Assembly: GCA_951406725.2 (NCBI GenBank)
Contig: OX597815.1
Coordinates: 144,150,001-144,214,000 of the forward strand
Origin: Octopus vulgaris
Lineage: Eukaryota
Length of the DNA stretch: 64,000 nt
Direction: 5' to 3'
The notes under the pieces were generated by a model that ran no database searches, had not been told where the DNA came from, and was given only the letters and a program-made list of their open reading frames with translations. Of the stretch, positions 12,604 through 25,034 are shown one piece after another; the first letter of the stretch is position 1, and each line of letters begins with the position of its first letter. Position numbers and translations under genes: made by a program.

Positions 12604-12649
12604 GTAACGCAGTAATTTTATGCTAATCCCATCGAAGAGATTGTATCTG

Positions 12650-12820
12650 GAATTCAAATAGCCAACCTTGTCACATAGTGTCAGGTCGATCCGCCCTGAG
12701 AATTACATTATAATAAAAATGTTTAGGGAATACTCAGGTACCTAAACGTTATTTCAATGCACACGTGATTCAGTTAATCGAACTACTGAATGTTCATCGT
12801 CGAAACCTATGCAGGACCCA
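12650..12820 (+). mobile_element. degraded 3' part of SINE family C
   Basis: Similar to 20970-21135 (ttcaaa..gcc..ccttgtcac...gagaattac...tcgtcg). Confidence 0.55.
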
Positions 12821-13559
12821 TAATCGTTGCTACAGTTTTAAATATTATATGGACTACGGATTATTGTCTTCGTTCGACAATGCAGTGTATTTTCAAAATC
12901 ATTAAAACCGTCAGAGAAACTGCCTTGCAGTATATGCTTCGGTTCTTTATGCATTGAGTTCAAATCCGAACCAGTTCAACGTTACCTCTTATTCTGGCAA
13001 GGTCGGGAATGTAAAACAGTCAAACGCTATTGTCGATTTTTATCGTCTAACTTTATATATCGAATTTGTGAACCTGTACCAATATTGGAAATTATATTAA
13101 CATCTTGCATCTCCAATATTTTCCCAGTTCTTTTTTCTCTCTTTATTCAGTTAGTCAGAGGAGGAGGTGCCGCGTACACGCTTCACTCTTTTCAGGGCCT
13201 CTGTGACTAGCAAAAAAAGGGGAGAAGAGAGACGATCCTCAGACCTGCCCCCTAATGCTTGCAGCAGAGTGAACTGCACGAACGACATTAAAAGTTCAGG
13301 AGTGAGGAGGAGGATGGCGATGGTGTATTTCTTTATTGACTAAAGTCTTTCAGCTGTTTCATCAAACAATTCCTCTTCTTACATTTCACAAGTAATTCGG
13401 TTGTGGGTTCGATTCTCGGTCAAGATGGTGCGTTGGAACCTTGCGCATGGTACTTCATTTCACATTGATTCTCTTCTCTTACCAAGTGACAGCTGGAGCG
13501 TTGACTCCTACGTTCGAGATAAGCATTAATTTAGCTTTAATATTTCACAATATTGACCG

Positions 13560-13962
13560 TCGGCTGGCAGAATCGTTCGCATGCCGAGCAAAGTGCTTAG
13601 CAGCATCTCGTCCGTCGTTACGCTCTGAATTCAAATTCCGCCGCGGTCGACTTTGCCTTTTAATCTTCGGGGTTCATAAAATAAGTACCTGTAGAGCACT
13701 AGGGTCGACAAAATCAACTATCTCCCTCCCCCAAAATTTCAGGTTTGTTTCACAATATAGGCGGTCAGCTGGCCGAATCGTTAGCAAACCAGGCAAAATG
13801 TTTAATAGCATTTTGCCCGTCCTTACGTTCTGAGTTCTAATTCCACCGAGGTCGACTTTGCTTTTCATCTTTTCTGGGGTTGACAAAATAAGTACCAGTT
13901 GGGCGGTAATCGACTTAATCCCGCATCCGAAATTGCTGGTTTTATGCCAAAATTTGAAATCA
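13560..13962 (+). mobile_element. two tandem SINE family B copies
   Basis: Two consecutive head+core units starting near 13560 and 13760. Confidence 0.85.
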
Positions 13963-13986
13963 ATATTTTACAATATTAGTTTACAT

Positions 13987-14071
13987 TATTTACATTTGAC
14001 GGATATTTGTCCTCTAGGTGTCTTGGGGAAATTTCGACAAGATGAGGACAAATATCCGTCAAATGTAAATA
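13987..14071. repeat. perfect 28-bp inverted repeat with 29-nt spacer
   Basis: tatttacatttgacggatatttgtcctc (13987-14014) and its exact reverse complement (14044-14071). Confidence 0.95.
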
Positions 14072-14809
14072 CTGTAAATAATGTACATAATTCCTCTTCT
14101 CTTAAATATAGAGCTGAACATTAGTTTAGTTGGGAATGATTTGTGAGATTGTCTTTGTGCCAGACTTTTTAATATTTTTTTCTGTGATATTGCCTAAAGA
14201 AGGAAGTTGGGTAAATTACTAATAAGTAAGAGGTTTATAACATCTAATTCTCTGCTTCCTAGGTGGAGCGGTGAACTACACTGGTGTGCCGCAAGTTGTT
14301 GTAGTTATTAAGCAATCCCAAATCGTCAAACTAGATCAAGCAAACCTGTGATCAGAGGCTTTCCAGCGATCAACACCAGGATCATTACTTGCGCTGTACA
14401 TTTGTGGCGGTATTGTTAAAGGTGTTAGATTGCAGCATATTATTTAACCCTCTTGAGACACCAAGGTCGAATGATCGGCCCAAGTGATACAAGGTGAAAG
14501 GACTTTGAGGCCGATCAAATGTTGTGAATGGTTGGTTTTGAAGCTACTCAGAGATCGTCTTTCAGTAGATGTATCCTAATAGAAAAAAGATTAGTCTTTT
14601 TGGCTACACATACCAAAACACTGTGTGTCTCAAAATGGTTAGAGAGAACTGTTTGCTGTTTCTAACAAGTCGGGCGACCACTCAAAAATATCAAATTCTC
14701 CCACTTGATCTGCCAGCTCGCCGCCTTCCTTTACCCATTCATGATTTAAAAAAACAATCAGAATAAAATTGTCTTTTAAAAAATGTAAGAATTGCAAAGT
14801 GATATTCTA

Positions 14810-15200
14810 GGAGTCACTGTGTAGTAAAAAGCTTGCTCCCCAACTACATGATTCCGGGTGGCACCTTGGGCAAGTGTCTTCTACTATAGCCTCGAGCCGA
14901 CCAAAGCCTTGTAAGTGGATTTGCTAGATGAAAATTGAAAGAAGCCCGTTGTGTATATGTGTATGTGTGTGTGAGTTTGTGCGTGTGTGTGTATTTGTGT
15001 GTGTCTTTGTCACCCACCATCGCTTGACAACCGGTGTTGGTGTGTTTACGACCCTGTAACGTAGCCGTTCGGCAAAAGAGACCGATATAATAAGTACTAC
15101 GCTTACAAATAATAAGCCCTAGCGTCGATTTGTTCGACTAAAGGCGGTGCTCCAGCATGGCCGCAGTCAAATGACTGAAACAAGTAAAAGAATAAAAGAA
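14810..15200 (+). mobile_element. SINE family A
   Basis: gcaccttgggcaagtg core, internal (TG)n, tail aaacaagtaaaagaataaaag. Confidence 0.9.
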
Positions 15201-15211
15201 TATGAGATATA

Positions 15212-15430
15212 AAGGCAGAGAGCTAGCAGAATTATTAGCACGCCGGACTAAATGCTTACCAGCATTTCGTCCGTCATTACGTTCTGAGTTGAAATCCAGC
15301 CGAGGATTGGCTTTGCGTTACATCCTTTCGGTGTCAGTAAAAACAAACACCAGCTAAAGTACTGAGGCAGCACCAATCGACTAGGCCCCTCACGGCTGAA
15401 ATTGCTGGCCATGTGCCGAAATTTGAAAGC
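15212..15430 (+). mobile_element. SINE family B (B2)
   Basis: Head aggcagagagctagcagaa, tail aaatttgaaa. Confidence 0.8.
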
Positions 15431-15803
15431 AATATAATTTGAAATATAACGAGGGAGTACTCTGCGTCCTCTAATTAGTTCGCGGTCATTTGGTACAGTA
15501 TTTCAGGAACAACAAAAGTTTGAATTTTGGTTTTTGATTAGGAGAGTTTGAATAAATTAATACGTTTTTTTTTTTTAAATCACTAATAAAAAATATATAT
15601 AAATGAATAATGAATTGCTCTTTTTTTTTTTTTCAATCAAATTAATGTAATTAGTATATTCTCTATTTTTTAATATAAAGATCTTGTACGTGAAAAAAAT
15701 ATTAGAATTTCAATTAATACTTGGTGTGACCATCTTTAGTTCCGAGAAAAACATTTTTGTCCTATTCTGGCTGATAATACTATCTCCTCAAATTATATTT
15801 ATT

Positions 15804-15864
<61 letters not shown>

Positions 15865-15885
15865 ATATAATGATGTTGTCAGTAA

Positions 15886-16295
15886 GGCGGGGAGCTGGCA
15901 GAAACGTTAGCACGCGGGGCGAAATTCTAAGCGGTTTTTCGTCTGCCGTTACGTTCTGAGTTCAAATTCAGCCGAGGTCAACTTTGCCTTTCATCCTTTC
16001 GGGGTCGATTAAATAAGTACCAGTTACGCACTGGAGTCGATATAATCGACTTAATCCGTTTGTCTGTCCTTGTTTGTCCTCTCTGTGTTTAGCCCCTTGT
16101 GGGTAGTAAAGAAATAGAAATAGGTATTTCATCTGTCTTTACACTCTGCATTCAAATTCCACTCAGGTCGACTTTACATTTCATCCTTTTGGGATCGATA
16201 AAGTATATGTACCAGTTGGGCACTGGGGTTGATGTAATCTGATCGACTTACACATTCCCCGAAATTGCTAGCCTGGTGCGAAAATTTGAAACGAT
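15886..16295 (+). mobile_element. SINE B1 directly fused to a headless SINE B2 body
   Basis: Complete B1 to ~16121, then ggtatttcatctgtctttac... continues as a B2 body and tail. Confidence 0.85.
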
Positions 16296-16315
16296 TGTCA
16301 TTTGGAGTGGCTATA

Positions 16316-16737
16316 GGCGCAAGAGTGGCTATGTGGTAAGTAGCTTGCTTACCAACCACATGGTTCTGGGTTCATTCCCACTGCGTGGTACATTGGGCAA
16401 GTGTCTTCTACTATAGCCTCGGGCCGACCAAGGCCTTGTGAGTGGATTTGGTAGACTGAAACTGAAAGAAGCCCGTCGGTCATATACATATATACGTATG
16501 TGTGTGTGCGTGTTTGTGTGTCTGTGTTTGTCCCAATCCCAACATCGCTTAACAACCGATGCTGGTGTGTTTACGTCCCCGTAACTTAGTGGTTCGGCAA
16601 AAGGGAACCGATAGAATAAGTACTATACTTACAAAGAATAAGTCCTGGGGTCGATTTGCTCGACTAAAAGCGGTGCTCCAGCATGGCCGCAGTCAAATGA
16701 CTGAAACAAGTAGAAAGAAAAAGAATGAAAAAGAATA
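16316..16737 (+). mobile_element. SINE family A (young-looking)
   Basis: Near-consensus copy followed by a SINE B head fragment. Confidence 0.9.
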
Positions 16738-17339
16738 AAGGTGGCGATCTGGCAGAATGGTTAGCACGCCGAGCAAAATCTCACCTTGTGCACCAATGCG
16801 TCGCAAGGTTGTTCTATTTACAGCTGAGTGGACTGAAGCAACGTAAATCTAGTATTTTGCTCAGGAACACAACACGAATGTGTTCAAAACCCTAACCACA
16901 AGGCTACGAACGTGGACTAATACTGAGGGTGTTGCACTCAGGATCGCAAGATTGTAGTTACAATTCCCAGATTGGTTCTGTGTTTTGTTCTTGAGCAAAA
17001 TGCACTAACCATTATGCCTAGTTCTTCGTCTCCTAGAGTTTCGAGCCCCAGGAATTTCCCCTTCTGCACAGGTTCTTCATGCAGTTATCGATATTCAACA
17101 GTTTAAGTGGAAAGTTAGCGGCATCAGTCCCACAGGCCTCTTGACCAAGGGGGCTACGAAGACCAGGGGCATTGCCCCTCCCTCCAGATCTAAATAGTGA
17201 AAATTAATTTTTTTTAAATGAACTGCATGTTTAAAAAATATTTTTCGGTCTTGCGTCCAAAGCACTCAGACCTGATCTATTTCTGGTTCCAATGTTGGAT
17301 TTCATTGTTGTCAAATTAATAGCACCCTGAAAGATCTTT

Positions 17340-18250
17340 CATCACCATCATGATTATCATTATCGTCGTCATCATTATCATCATCTTCACCGTCATCGTG
17401 ATCATCACTATCATCATCAGCATCACCACCTCCACCACCGCCACTGTCACCATCATCACTATTACTATCACCATAAAGATCATCATCCTTATCGTCATCA
17501 TCATCATCATCATCGTATCTCGTCCGTGTTTGTCCCCGCCCCCACCATCGCTTGATAACCGATGCCGGTGTGTTTACATACCCGTATTTTGGCAGTTCGG
17601 CGAAAGAACCCGATAGAATAAGTACTCAGCTTACAAAGAATAAGTCCAGGGGTCGATTTGTTCGACTAAAGGCGGTGCTCCAGCATGGCCGCAGTCAAAT
17701 GACTGAAACAATAAAAGAATTTTTAAAAAATAACCACCGACAACATCACTATCATAATCACTATCACATTGCCACTGCCATCATCATCATCATCATCATC
17801 TTTGTTATCATTATTGTCATCCTTATCATTACCACTAACACCACCATTGTTGCTGTCATCATCCTCAACTGCAGCAACAGCAACACAGGCATGGACACCT
17901 CTATTATCATCATCATCGTCGTCGTTGTCGTTGTCGTCATCATCATTATCATCGTCATCATCATTATCATCGTCATCATCATTATCATCGTCGTCATCAT
18001 CATCATCATCATCATCTTTGTTATCATTATTGTCATCTTTATCATTACCACTAACACCACCATCGTTGCTGTCGTCATGTTCAACTGCAGCAACAGCAAC
18101 ACTGGCATGGACACCTCTATTATCATTATCGTCGTCGTCGTCGTCATCATTATCATCGTCATCAGTGTCATCGTCATCAGTGTCATCGCCATCTTTGTTG
18201 TCATTACTATCGTTTACGTTGCTTTGCAAGTCATCTTTCGAGACATCTTT
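17340..18250. repeat. (ATC)n-rich low-complexity tract with SINE A 3' half (17525-17720) and an internal duplication at 216-bp offset
   Basis: tttgttatcattattgtcatc...gcatggacacctctattatc at 17801 and again at 18017. Confidence 0.85.
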
Positions 18251-18744
18251 GAAACCAAGATCTTCATCGCGACGTAAATCTTAATGAATCAAAGCCACTT
18301 GGCAGCACTTATCATCTATCATCTATCATTTATCATTTATCATCTATCATTTATTACATCATATAATAATCATTATCCATCCTCTGTCGCCAATCAGCTA
18401 TAATTTACCATACATGATCTACTCTGTACTTTATAATCAATCATATGTTAATTATTTACTGTCATACACCATACATAATTTATCATCTATCATCTACGAA
18501 CTATCATTTGTTATTTAACCTGTATCATCTGGAACGATAACAACCCATAAACAACAGTTTCAGCAGGTAATTCTTCACTGTTTAACATTATATATAAAGT
18601 ATATTGAATTTTAACTGAAAGATTTATGAAATAGCGGTGTTTTATTTGTGTCGCGAGTAACGTGTTCTGAAGTAGTGAGTTGAAAGTTAAGCAAATGAAA
18701 ATTGTAAGCGTCGTTCTAGGTACTTAATAACTCACAAAGCTAAG

Positions 18745-18927
18745 ACGGCAAGCTGGCAGAATCGTCAGCACGCTTTTCTTCGGTCTTTACGTTCTGAGTT
18801 CCAGTTCCCCCTAGGTCAACTTTGCCTTTTATCCTTTCGGGATCGATAAAATAAGCATTGGGGTCGATGTAATCAACTATGCCCACCCAACCAAATGCTC
18901 AGATCTTGTGCCTATAGTAGAAAGGAA
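18745..18927 (+). mobile_element. SINE family B (internally deleted)
   Basis: gctggcagaatcgtcagcacg...tttgccttttatcctttcgggatcgataaaataag. Confidence 0.8.
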
Positions 18928-19423
18928 TAATACACAAAGCTATTAATTTCATTTAGAATATGTTTTGCGAGGTGTCAAAATTTTTGTCTCGCAATCGTCC
19001 CAAAAGGTAGACAGTTACTTGCAGCCAATCAAGACAACCTCACAGATCCGTGATTATTTTGGTAACTAAGAGTAAGTGCCCTCTCTCAGCTGTGTTCTCT
19101 GGTCTACAGGTGCATGTTGAGTGTAAACCCTACACAGGACATTCATACCAGCTCCTGTTTCTCACCTTTCTCTCCAAGTGGAATTTAAAGAAGTTGATAA
19201 GTGCTTGATCGAAGAGGTAAGTGTCCAGCTTCAGTCCTTTCAATCTTGTTCGTTAAATAACTCCAATATCCACCAAAGAAAGACGACAAGACAATCATCG
19301 CGATGAACTCGACTGATAGCTAGATCTTCCCTATACAGGACAACAGCTATTCCAAGTATCTCTGCAAGTCATCAGTGTCTAAACACTGAATGAGTACATG
19401 CAGTATGACTTTATCGTTTAGAG

Positions 19424-19709
19424 AAATGGTTCCCAAACTTTTGGGAGTTGCCGCTTACTTGGCACTCAGGCCACATTCCTAGACCACCCAGCCCCATCCC
19501 ATCACAACACACATGAACCACTTTCTGCAGCAAATTCAAAACAACTGTATTTCACAAATAAACTTGACCTAATTAACCCATTATTTTATTGTTTTTACAT
19601 CCATCGTCCCCTTTTGGCCACCCCATTATCGCCACACTTTTCTTCAATAACCCCCTGGATTTTTCCATAACCCCCAGAGGGGCAGTGCCGCCCACTTTAG
19701 GAACCACTA
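19424..19709. mobile_element. hAT MITE
   Basis: TIRs aaatggttcccaaa / tttaggaaccacta, degenerate 8-bp TSD gtttagag/ttttatag. Confidence 0.65.
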
Positions 19710-20299
19710 TTTTATAGGTAGATCGAACAAGGCTGGTAGTAAGCACAACCGTGCTCGTATATAATTAATCTCGAACTAGCAATGCCTCTTGTTAACACTG
19801 CCAATCTATGAGTGTTGTTCTTATTCTCTGGGCTGAAAGTCCTCCGAAACGGGCTTTTCGGTTGACCTTCAACCCCCATCTCATTTAAAACATATTTTCG
19901 TTCTTGCCTACAGAGTATCAAGATGTCCTACACAAGCTACCAGAAAATATACTCGTAGATTCAATACGTTAGATAATCTATTCTACTTAGGCCCAGCTAA
20001 CCAATTCTAGATTCTGCCAGAAAAAAATCTCAGTTGCCTTAAAAAGTAACTGCATGAAAATACTACATTTAGAACACAGGTCACAAAGACAGAACATATA
20101 CCCAACATCATTTTCAGTAACGTGGATAGTGTGATGATGATGGTGATGATAATGGCGTCGATGATGATGATGATAAGGAGGAGGAGGAGGAGGAGGATGG
20201 TAATGGTGGTGGTAGTGGTGGTGGCGGTGGTGAACCAGATGACTGGTATAATGTGCTAAAACCTCACTCCAACGTGACTATTGAATTAAAACCATTATG

Positions 20300-21240
20300 C
20301 CAAGTAAGGAATGTTTACATCAAGCCCATTTATTATAGGCATAACTAGAATAAAACACAAATATTTGGGTAGAGGTACTGGGAAACTATCTTTAAATGCT
20401 GCGATTCCAGAAAATAGTAATACTAGGATCAGTAAAAACGTTCCAGGCATTCCCAGAAAGCATTTGTTAACCATCGACGTTTTTATGCGTATTTACCATG
20501 ATTATATATTCTGCGTAATGCAATAAAGGAAATTATGTATTTCTCATACTATGAATAATATATTTACCATATTCTGGGAAATGCCAATGCGTACAGAGAG
20601 GAAAACTAAGGAATATCGACCAGGGATTATTTGTTACAGACTATCAGGAAATGGAATACCTTCTGATCAAAATGTTAGCCCCAACATAAGACAGTATATT
20701 TTTAAAAGAACTGGAAAAAATTATCTAGTTAAAATGATCTAGAAATAGAGATAACCAGCTTGTGGAGACTGACTAGATAACGTATTCCCATTCATAATAT
20801 GTGTATCGAGAATGATCAGTGAGGGCGCGTGGCTTAGTGGTTAGGGCATTCGGCTCATGATCGTAAGGTTGTGAGTTCGATTCCCGGCGACGCGTTGTGT
20901 CCTTGAGCAAGACACTTTATTTCACGTTGCTCCAGTCCACTCAGCTAGCAAAAATGAGTTGTACTTGTATTTCAAAGGGTCAGCCTTGTCACTCTCTGTG
21001 TCACGCTGATTATCCCCAAGAACTACGTTAAGGGTACACGTGTCTGTGGAATGCTCAGCCATTTGCACGTTAATTTCACGAGCAAGCTGTTCCGTTGATC
21101 GTATCAGCTGGGACCCTCGTCGTCGTAACCGGCGGAGTCTTTTTAAAATCGAGAATGATCAAGACAACATCAAAGTACAAAACCAAAACAACATCGCTTA
21201 GCACTACTTGATACTTTTCACGTCTTGGAATATTGCCAAT
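20300..21240 (+). mobile_element. old degraded R4/Dong-type LINE 3' region, interrupted by SINE C
   Basis: TIFWEMPMRTERKTKEYRPGII (cf. TILWDMPIHTDREIKANRPDIV at 35.8 kb), DLEIEITSLWRL and an ALL.T.H.L remnant after the SINE. Confidence 0.7.
20819..21147 (+). mobile_element. full-length tRNA-derived CORE-like SINE family C
   Basis: A box TGGCTTAGTGG, B box GAGTTCGATTCC, GTCCTTGAGCAAG core; exact 14-bp TSD atcgagaatgatca at 20805-20818 and 21148-21161. Confidence 0.92.
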
Positions 21241-21399
21241 AAAATAGGAAATAAAGAATCAAAACAATTACATGCAAATAGTACGAAGAATTGTCCTCGA
21301 GTGTGCAGTCAAAGCACGTTTAGTATATACGACTACACCATAGTTCTATCCAATAGGGTTATGATATAGGATTCTGTTAGAGGACCAAAATAATAACAA

Positions 21400-21530
21400 T
21401 CCTTTCTATTAAAGGCAGAAGGTTTGAAATGTGAGGAAGGGGACTAATCATTTACATCAACCCTAGTGTTTCACTGGTACTTAATTTATCGACCCCAAAA
21501 GGATGAAAGGCAAAGTCGATCTCGGCGAAT
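21400..21530 (-). mobile_element. 5'-truncated SINE family B
   Basis: actggtacttaatttatcgaccccaaaaggatgaaaggcaaagtcga. Confidence 0.8.
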
Positions 21531-21652
21531 TTCCTGAGCGTCCAATAACACTATATTTGTTCCACGTCTTCGTGTGGTTGTGTTTTCTCTTTGTGTTTTC
21601 ATGTTTGGATTAACTATATATATATAAGTGTATATATATATATATATATATG

Positions 21653-21699
<47 letters not shown>

Positions 21700-21723
21700 G
21701 CATACATTCACACTCACCTCTTT

Positions 21724-22128
21724 CTCTTTTCTCTTTTATTTGTTTCAATCCTTTGGCTGCGACCATGCTGGAGCACCCCCTTTAGTCGAGTAAATCGTCC
21801 CCAGGACTTCTTCTTTTGTAAGCCTAGTACTTATTCTATCGGTCCCTTTGCCGAACCGCTAAGTTACGGGGGCGTAAACACACCCCCATCGGTTATCAAG
21901 CGATGTATGGTGGGTGGACAAACACAGACACACAAACATACACACACACATACATACATACATACATATACATGTATACAACGAGCTTCTTTCAGTTTCC
22001 GTCTACCAAATCCACTCACAAGGCTTTGGTCGGCCCGAGGCTATAGCAGAAGACACTTGCCCAAGATGCCACGCAGTGGGAATGAAGCCGGAACCATGTG
22101 GTTGGTAAGCAAGCTACTTCCCACACAG
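21724..22128 (-). mobile_element. SINE family A
   Basis: Near full-length copy. Confidence 0.9.
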
Positions 22129-22284
22129 ATATATATTTATATACATCCTCCTATCACACACCTACAACCGCAGATATACAAGCATATGCATATCCGTATA
22201 AAAGGAGACGTGTGTATGAAGGTCGCACTTATGCACCGGACACAGTCCTACATTCATATATATGCATACAAGCATATATATATA

Positions 22285-22722
22285 GGCACAGGAGTGGCTG
22301 TGTGGTAAATAGCTGGCTTACCAGCCACATGGTCCCGGGGCCAGTCCCACTGCGTGGCACCGTGGGCGAGTGTTTTCTGCTATAATCCCGGGCCGACCAA
22401 AGCCTTGTGAGTGGATTTGGTAGGCGGAAACTGCAAGAAGCCCGTCGTATGTGTGTGAATCTATGTGTGTGTGTGTGTGTATGTGTGTATGTGTGTGTGC
22501 GTGGTCTTCCCCCACCACCACCACCACCCTACCATCGCTTGACAACCGATGCTGGTCTGTTTACGTCCCCGTAACTTAACGTTTCGGCAAAAGATTCCAG
22601 TAGGATAAGTACTCGGCTTACAAAGAATAAATCTTGGGGTTGATTTGTTCGACTAAAGGCGATGCTCCAGCATAGCCGCAATGAAGTGACTGAAACAAGT
22701 AAAAGAGTGAAAAAGTAAAAAG
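22285..22722 (+). mobile_element. SINE family A
   Basis: Full-length copy, head-to-head with 21724-22128. Confidence 0.9.
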
Positions 22723-23435
22723 AATATATATACATGTATATATATGAACAAATATGTATATATGGGTGTATGTGCATACATGTGTGTGTCTGTAGAAATC
22801 TACAGTAGGGTTTAAAATTTTCTCACAAGTAAAGTTTGAACTTTGAACTGACGTTGTCAATTGAATGAGAACAGTCAAAATAGATCCACTACCAACACCA
22901 ACACCACCACCACACCCTGTTGACTGAAGTGAGTTTTGTGAGAACTGAACATTTGGAGTCTTCATCGTAGTATAACGTTGAATATTAATTTAGAATCTTT
23001 ATAACCATCACCATTACCATCATCATCATCAATCTCAGTTAAAAATTCTTTGACTGAGATTGAAAAGATCCGATTACCACCACCATCATCTCAGCACTAT
23101 CGCCATTATCAATATGACGATCCCCCATCATCATCATTACCATCATCATCGTTATCATTTCCATCGTTAATGTCATCATCAAAACGACCATCGTTTTCAT
23201 CATCATCATCAGTAGCAGCATATACGCGAGTACCAATAGTATTGGTTGGTTATATGCTACGGTCAGCACATCCTCTGGGTTGAGTAGAGATCTCCTACGC
23301 CATCTACCAATCCCCCATCAACCAATCCCCTTCCCCAGATATACTTACATCTGACAGACGACATATTTCACTGCGGCAACTGATCTCTACTCTAGATATA
23401 GCCATTAGATATAGCTGATGTGTCTCTAAAATTAA

Positions 23436-23476
<41 letters not shown>

Positions 23477-23516
23477 CATTTACACATATTTATACGTTCT
23501 ACTGTCTGTTGGTGCT

Positions 23517-23562
<46 letters not shown>

Positions 23563-24043
23563 TATATACATACATATATGTACATACATATATATGCATA
23601 TACATATGTATGCAGTCCTTCCTGTTTGTTTTCACTGTCCTGTTTTTGTTACCAGCTTTGACCCTCCTCAAAATCCCAAATTTTATTTAAATTGCTTTGC
23701 GGGAGCAACTGATTTGTTGAAGACGTATCTTCGTGAAATGCTCGAAATACGGAGTAGATAAACAGCCGAAAACTGATGAAGTGTCTGTCGTTCTTTATAT
23801 TGCTTGTCTTATTTTCCATTTGTTTCTTTCGTTGTTCGTATTCCATGTTCGTATTCATATGCTAATCTCTATTGTCATACACCATATATAATTTATCATC
23901 TATCAACTACGAACTATCATTTATTATTTAACCTCTATCATCTGGAACGATAACAAGCAATATACAATAGTTTCATATTCCATGTTTTCGTATTTCGTAT
24001 TTCATGTTGTTTACGTTCTATGACGTCCTGTGCCCATATATGC

Positions 24044-24110
<67 letters not shown>

Positions 24111-24202
24111 TATGTACATATATGTATGTATACATGCATAGATATATTATTTATATTATTATATGATTGAACGCCACCCATCCATTTCCAACTAAGTTTT
24201 AT

Positions 24203-24255
<53 letters not shown>

Positions 24256-24522
24256 ACCACAAGACCCCTTTGTATGAACAGCACATGGAATTTATGTCTC
24301 CACACTATCTGCTTGTAATAACAAAATATGAACTCCTATCGGAATATACATACCATGGACATGAAGCATTTCTACCTCTTCTTCACAGAACTTTCTTTGG
24401 ATAATGAAACTGCATATATTTTTATTTTTACTCTCTTATTTTCTTTATACTTCTTATATCCATCCTTCCCCGAAATAACTCCTATTACTGAACTCTACTA
24501 TTTACCTCTAATTAACTCTCTC

Positions 24523-24580
24523 ATATCGTCTTTGACGAAAGGATGTCCCTAATATCCCAGAAACAGCTGTAAGACTATAT
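24523..24580 (+). ncRNA. minimal hammerhead ribozyme motif (Penelope-type, probably decayed)
   Basis: Stem I gtct/agac, core TTGACGA, stem II ggatgt/atatcc, GAAA, palindromic CAGCTG helix III, GUA site. Confidence 0.7.
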
Positions 24581-24732
24581 TTCTCTTTATAAATGTCCCA
24601 TAAATTCCACACAGCCTTAGTTTTGTTGTCTCGTTTTATTTAACACACACACACACACACACACAATATATATATATATATATATATATATACATTATAT
24701 ATATATATATTATATATATATGTATATATATA

Positions 24733-24781
<49 letters not shown>

Positions 24782-24950
24782 ATATAAGTTCAATTAGAGG
24801 TTAAATAAGCCTCATTAAGGAATAACAATATCCAATGATTTTATTGTTTTATTACTTAAATAAACCGAGGTTTATATATATTTAAGAAAAATAAGAAAAT
24901 AGAGATAAATCAATTAATAATTATATTTATTAATTACAAAAATAGACATA

Positions 24951-25034
24951 ATCCCTGACAACTGTTTCGATTCAGACTTTAAAAATTTTGATTAAAATAA
25001 TTAAGTCATTATAAAGTTGAATCTCGTCGGAGTT
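24951..25034 (-). ncRNA. hammerhead ribozyme motif with long stem II (probably decayed)
   Basis: Minus strand CCGACGA-GATTCA...TGAATC-GAAA-CAGTTG-TC; stem II extends via ACTTT/AAAGT. Confidence 0.6.

Noticed and set aside
20819-20890. Functional tRNA genes in SINE heads
   Set aside because: A/B boxes are present but run into SINE bodies with TSDs, and there is no complete cloverleaf
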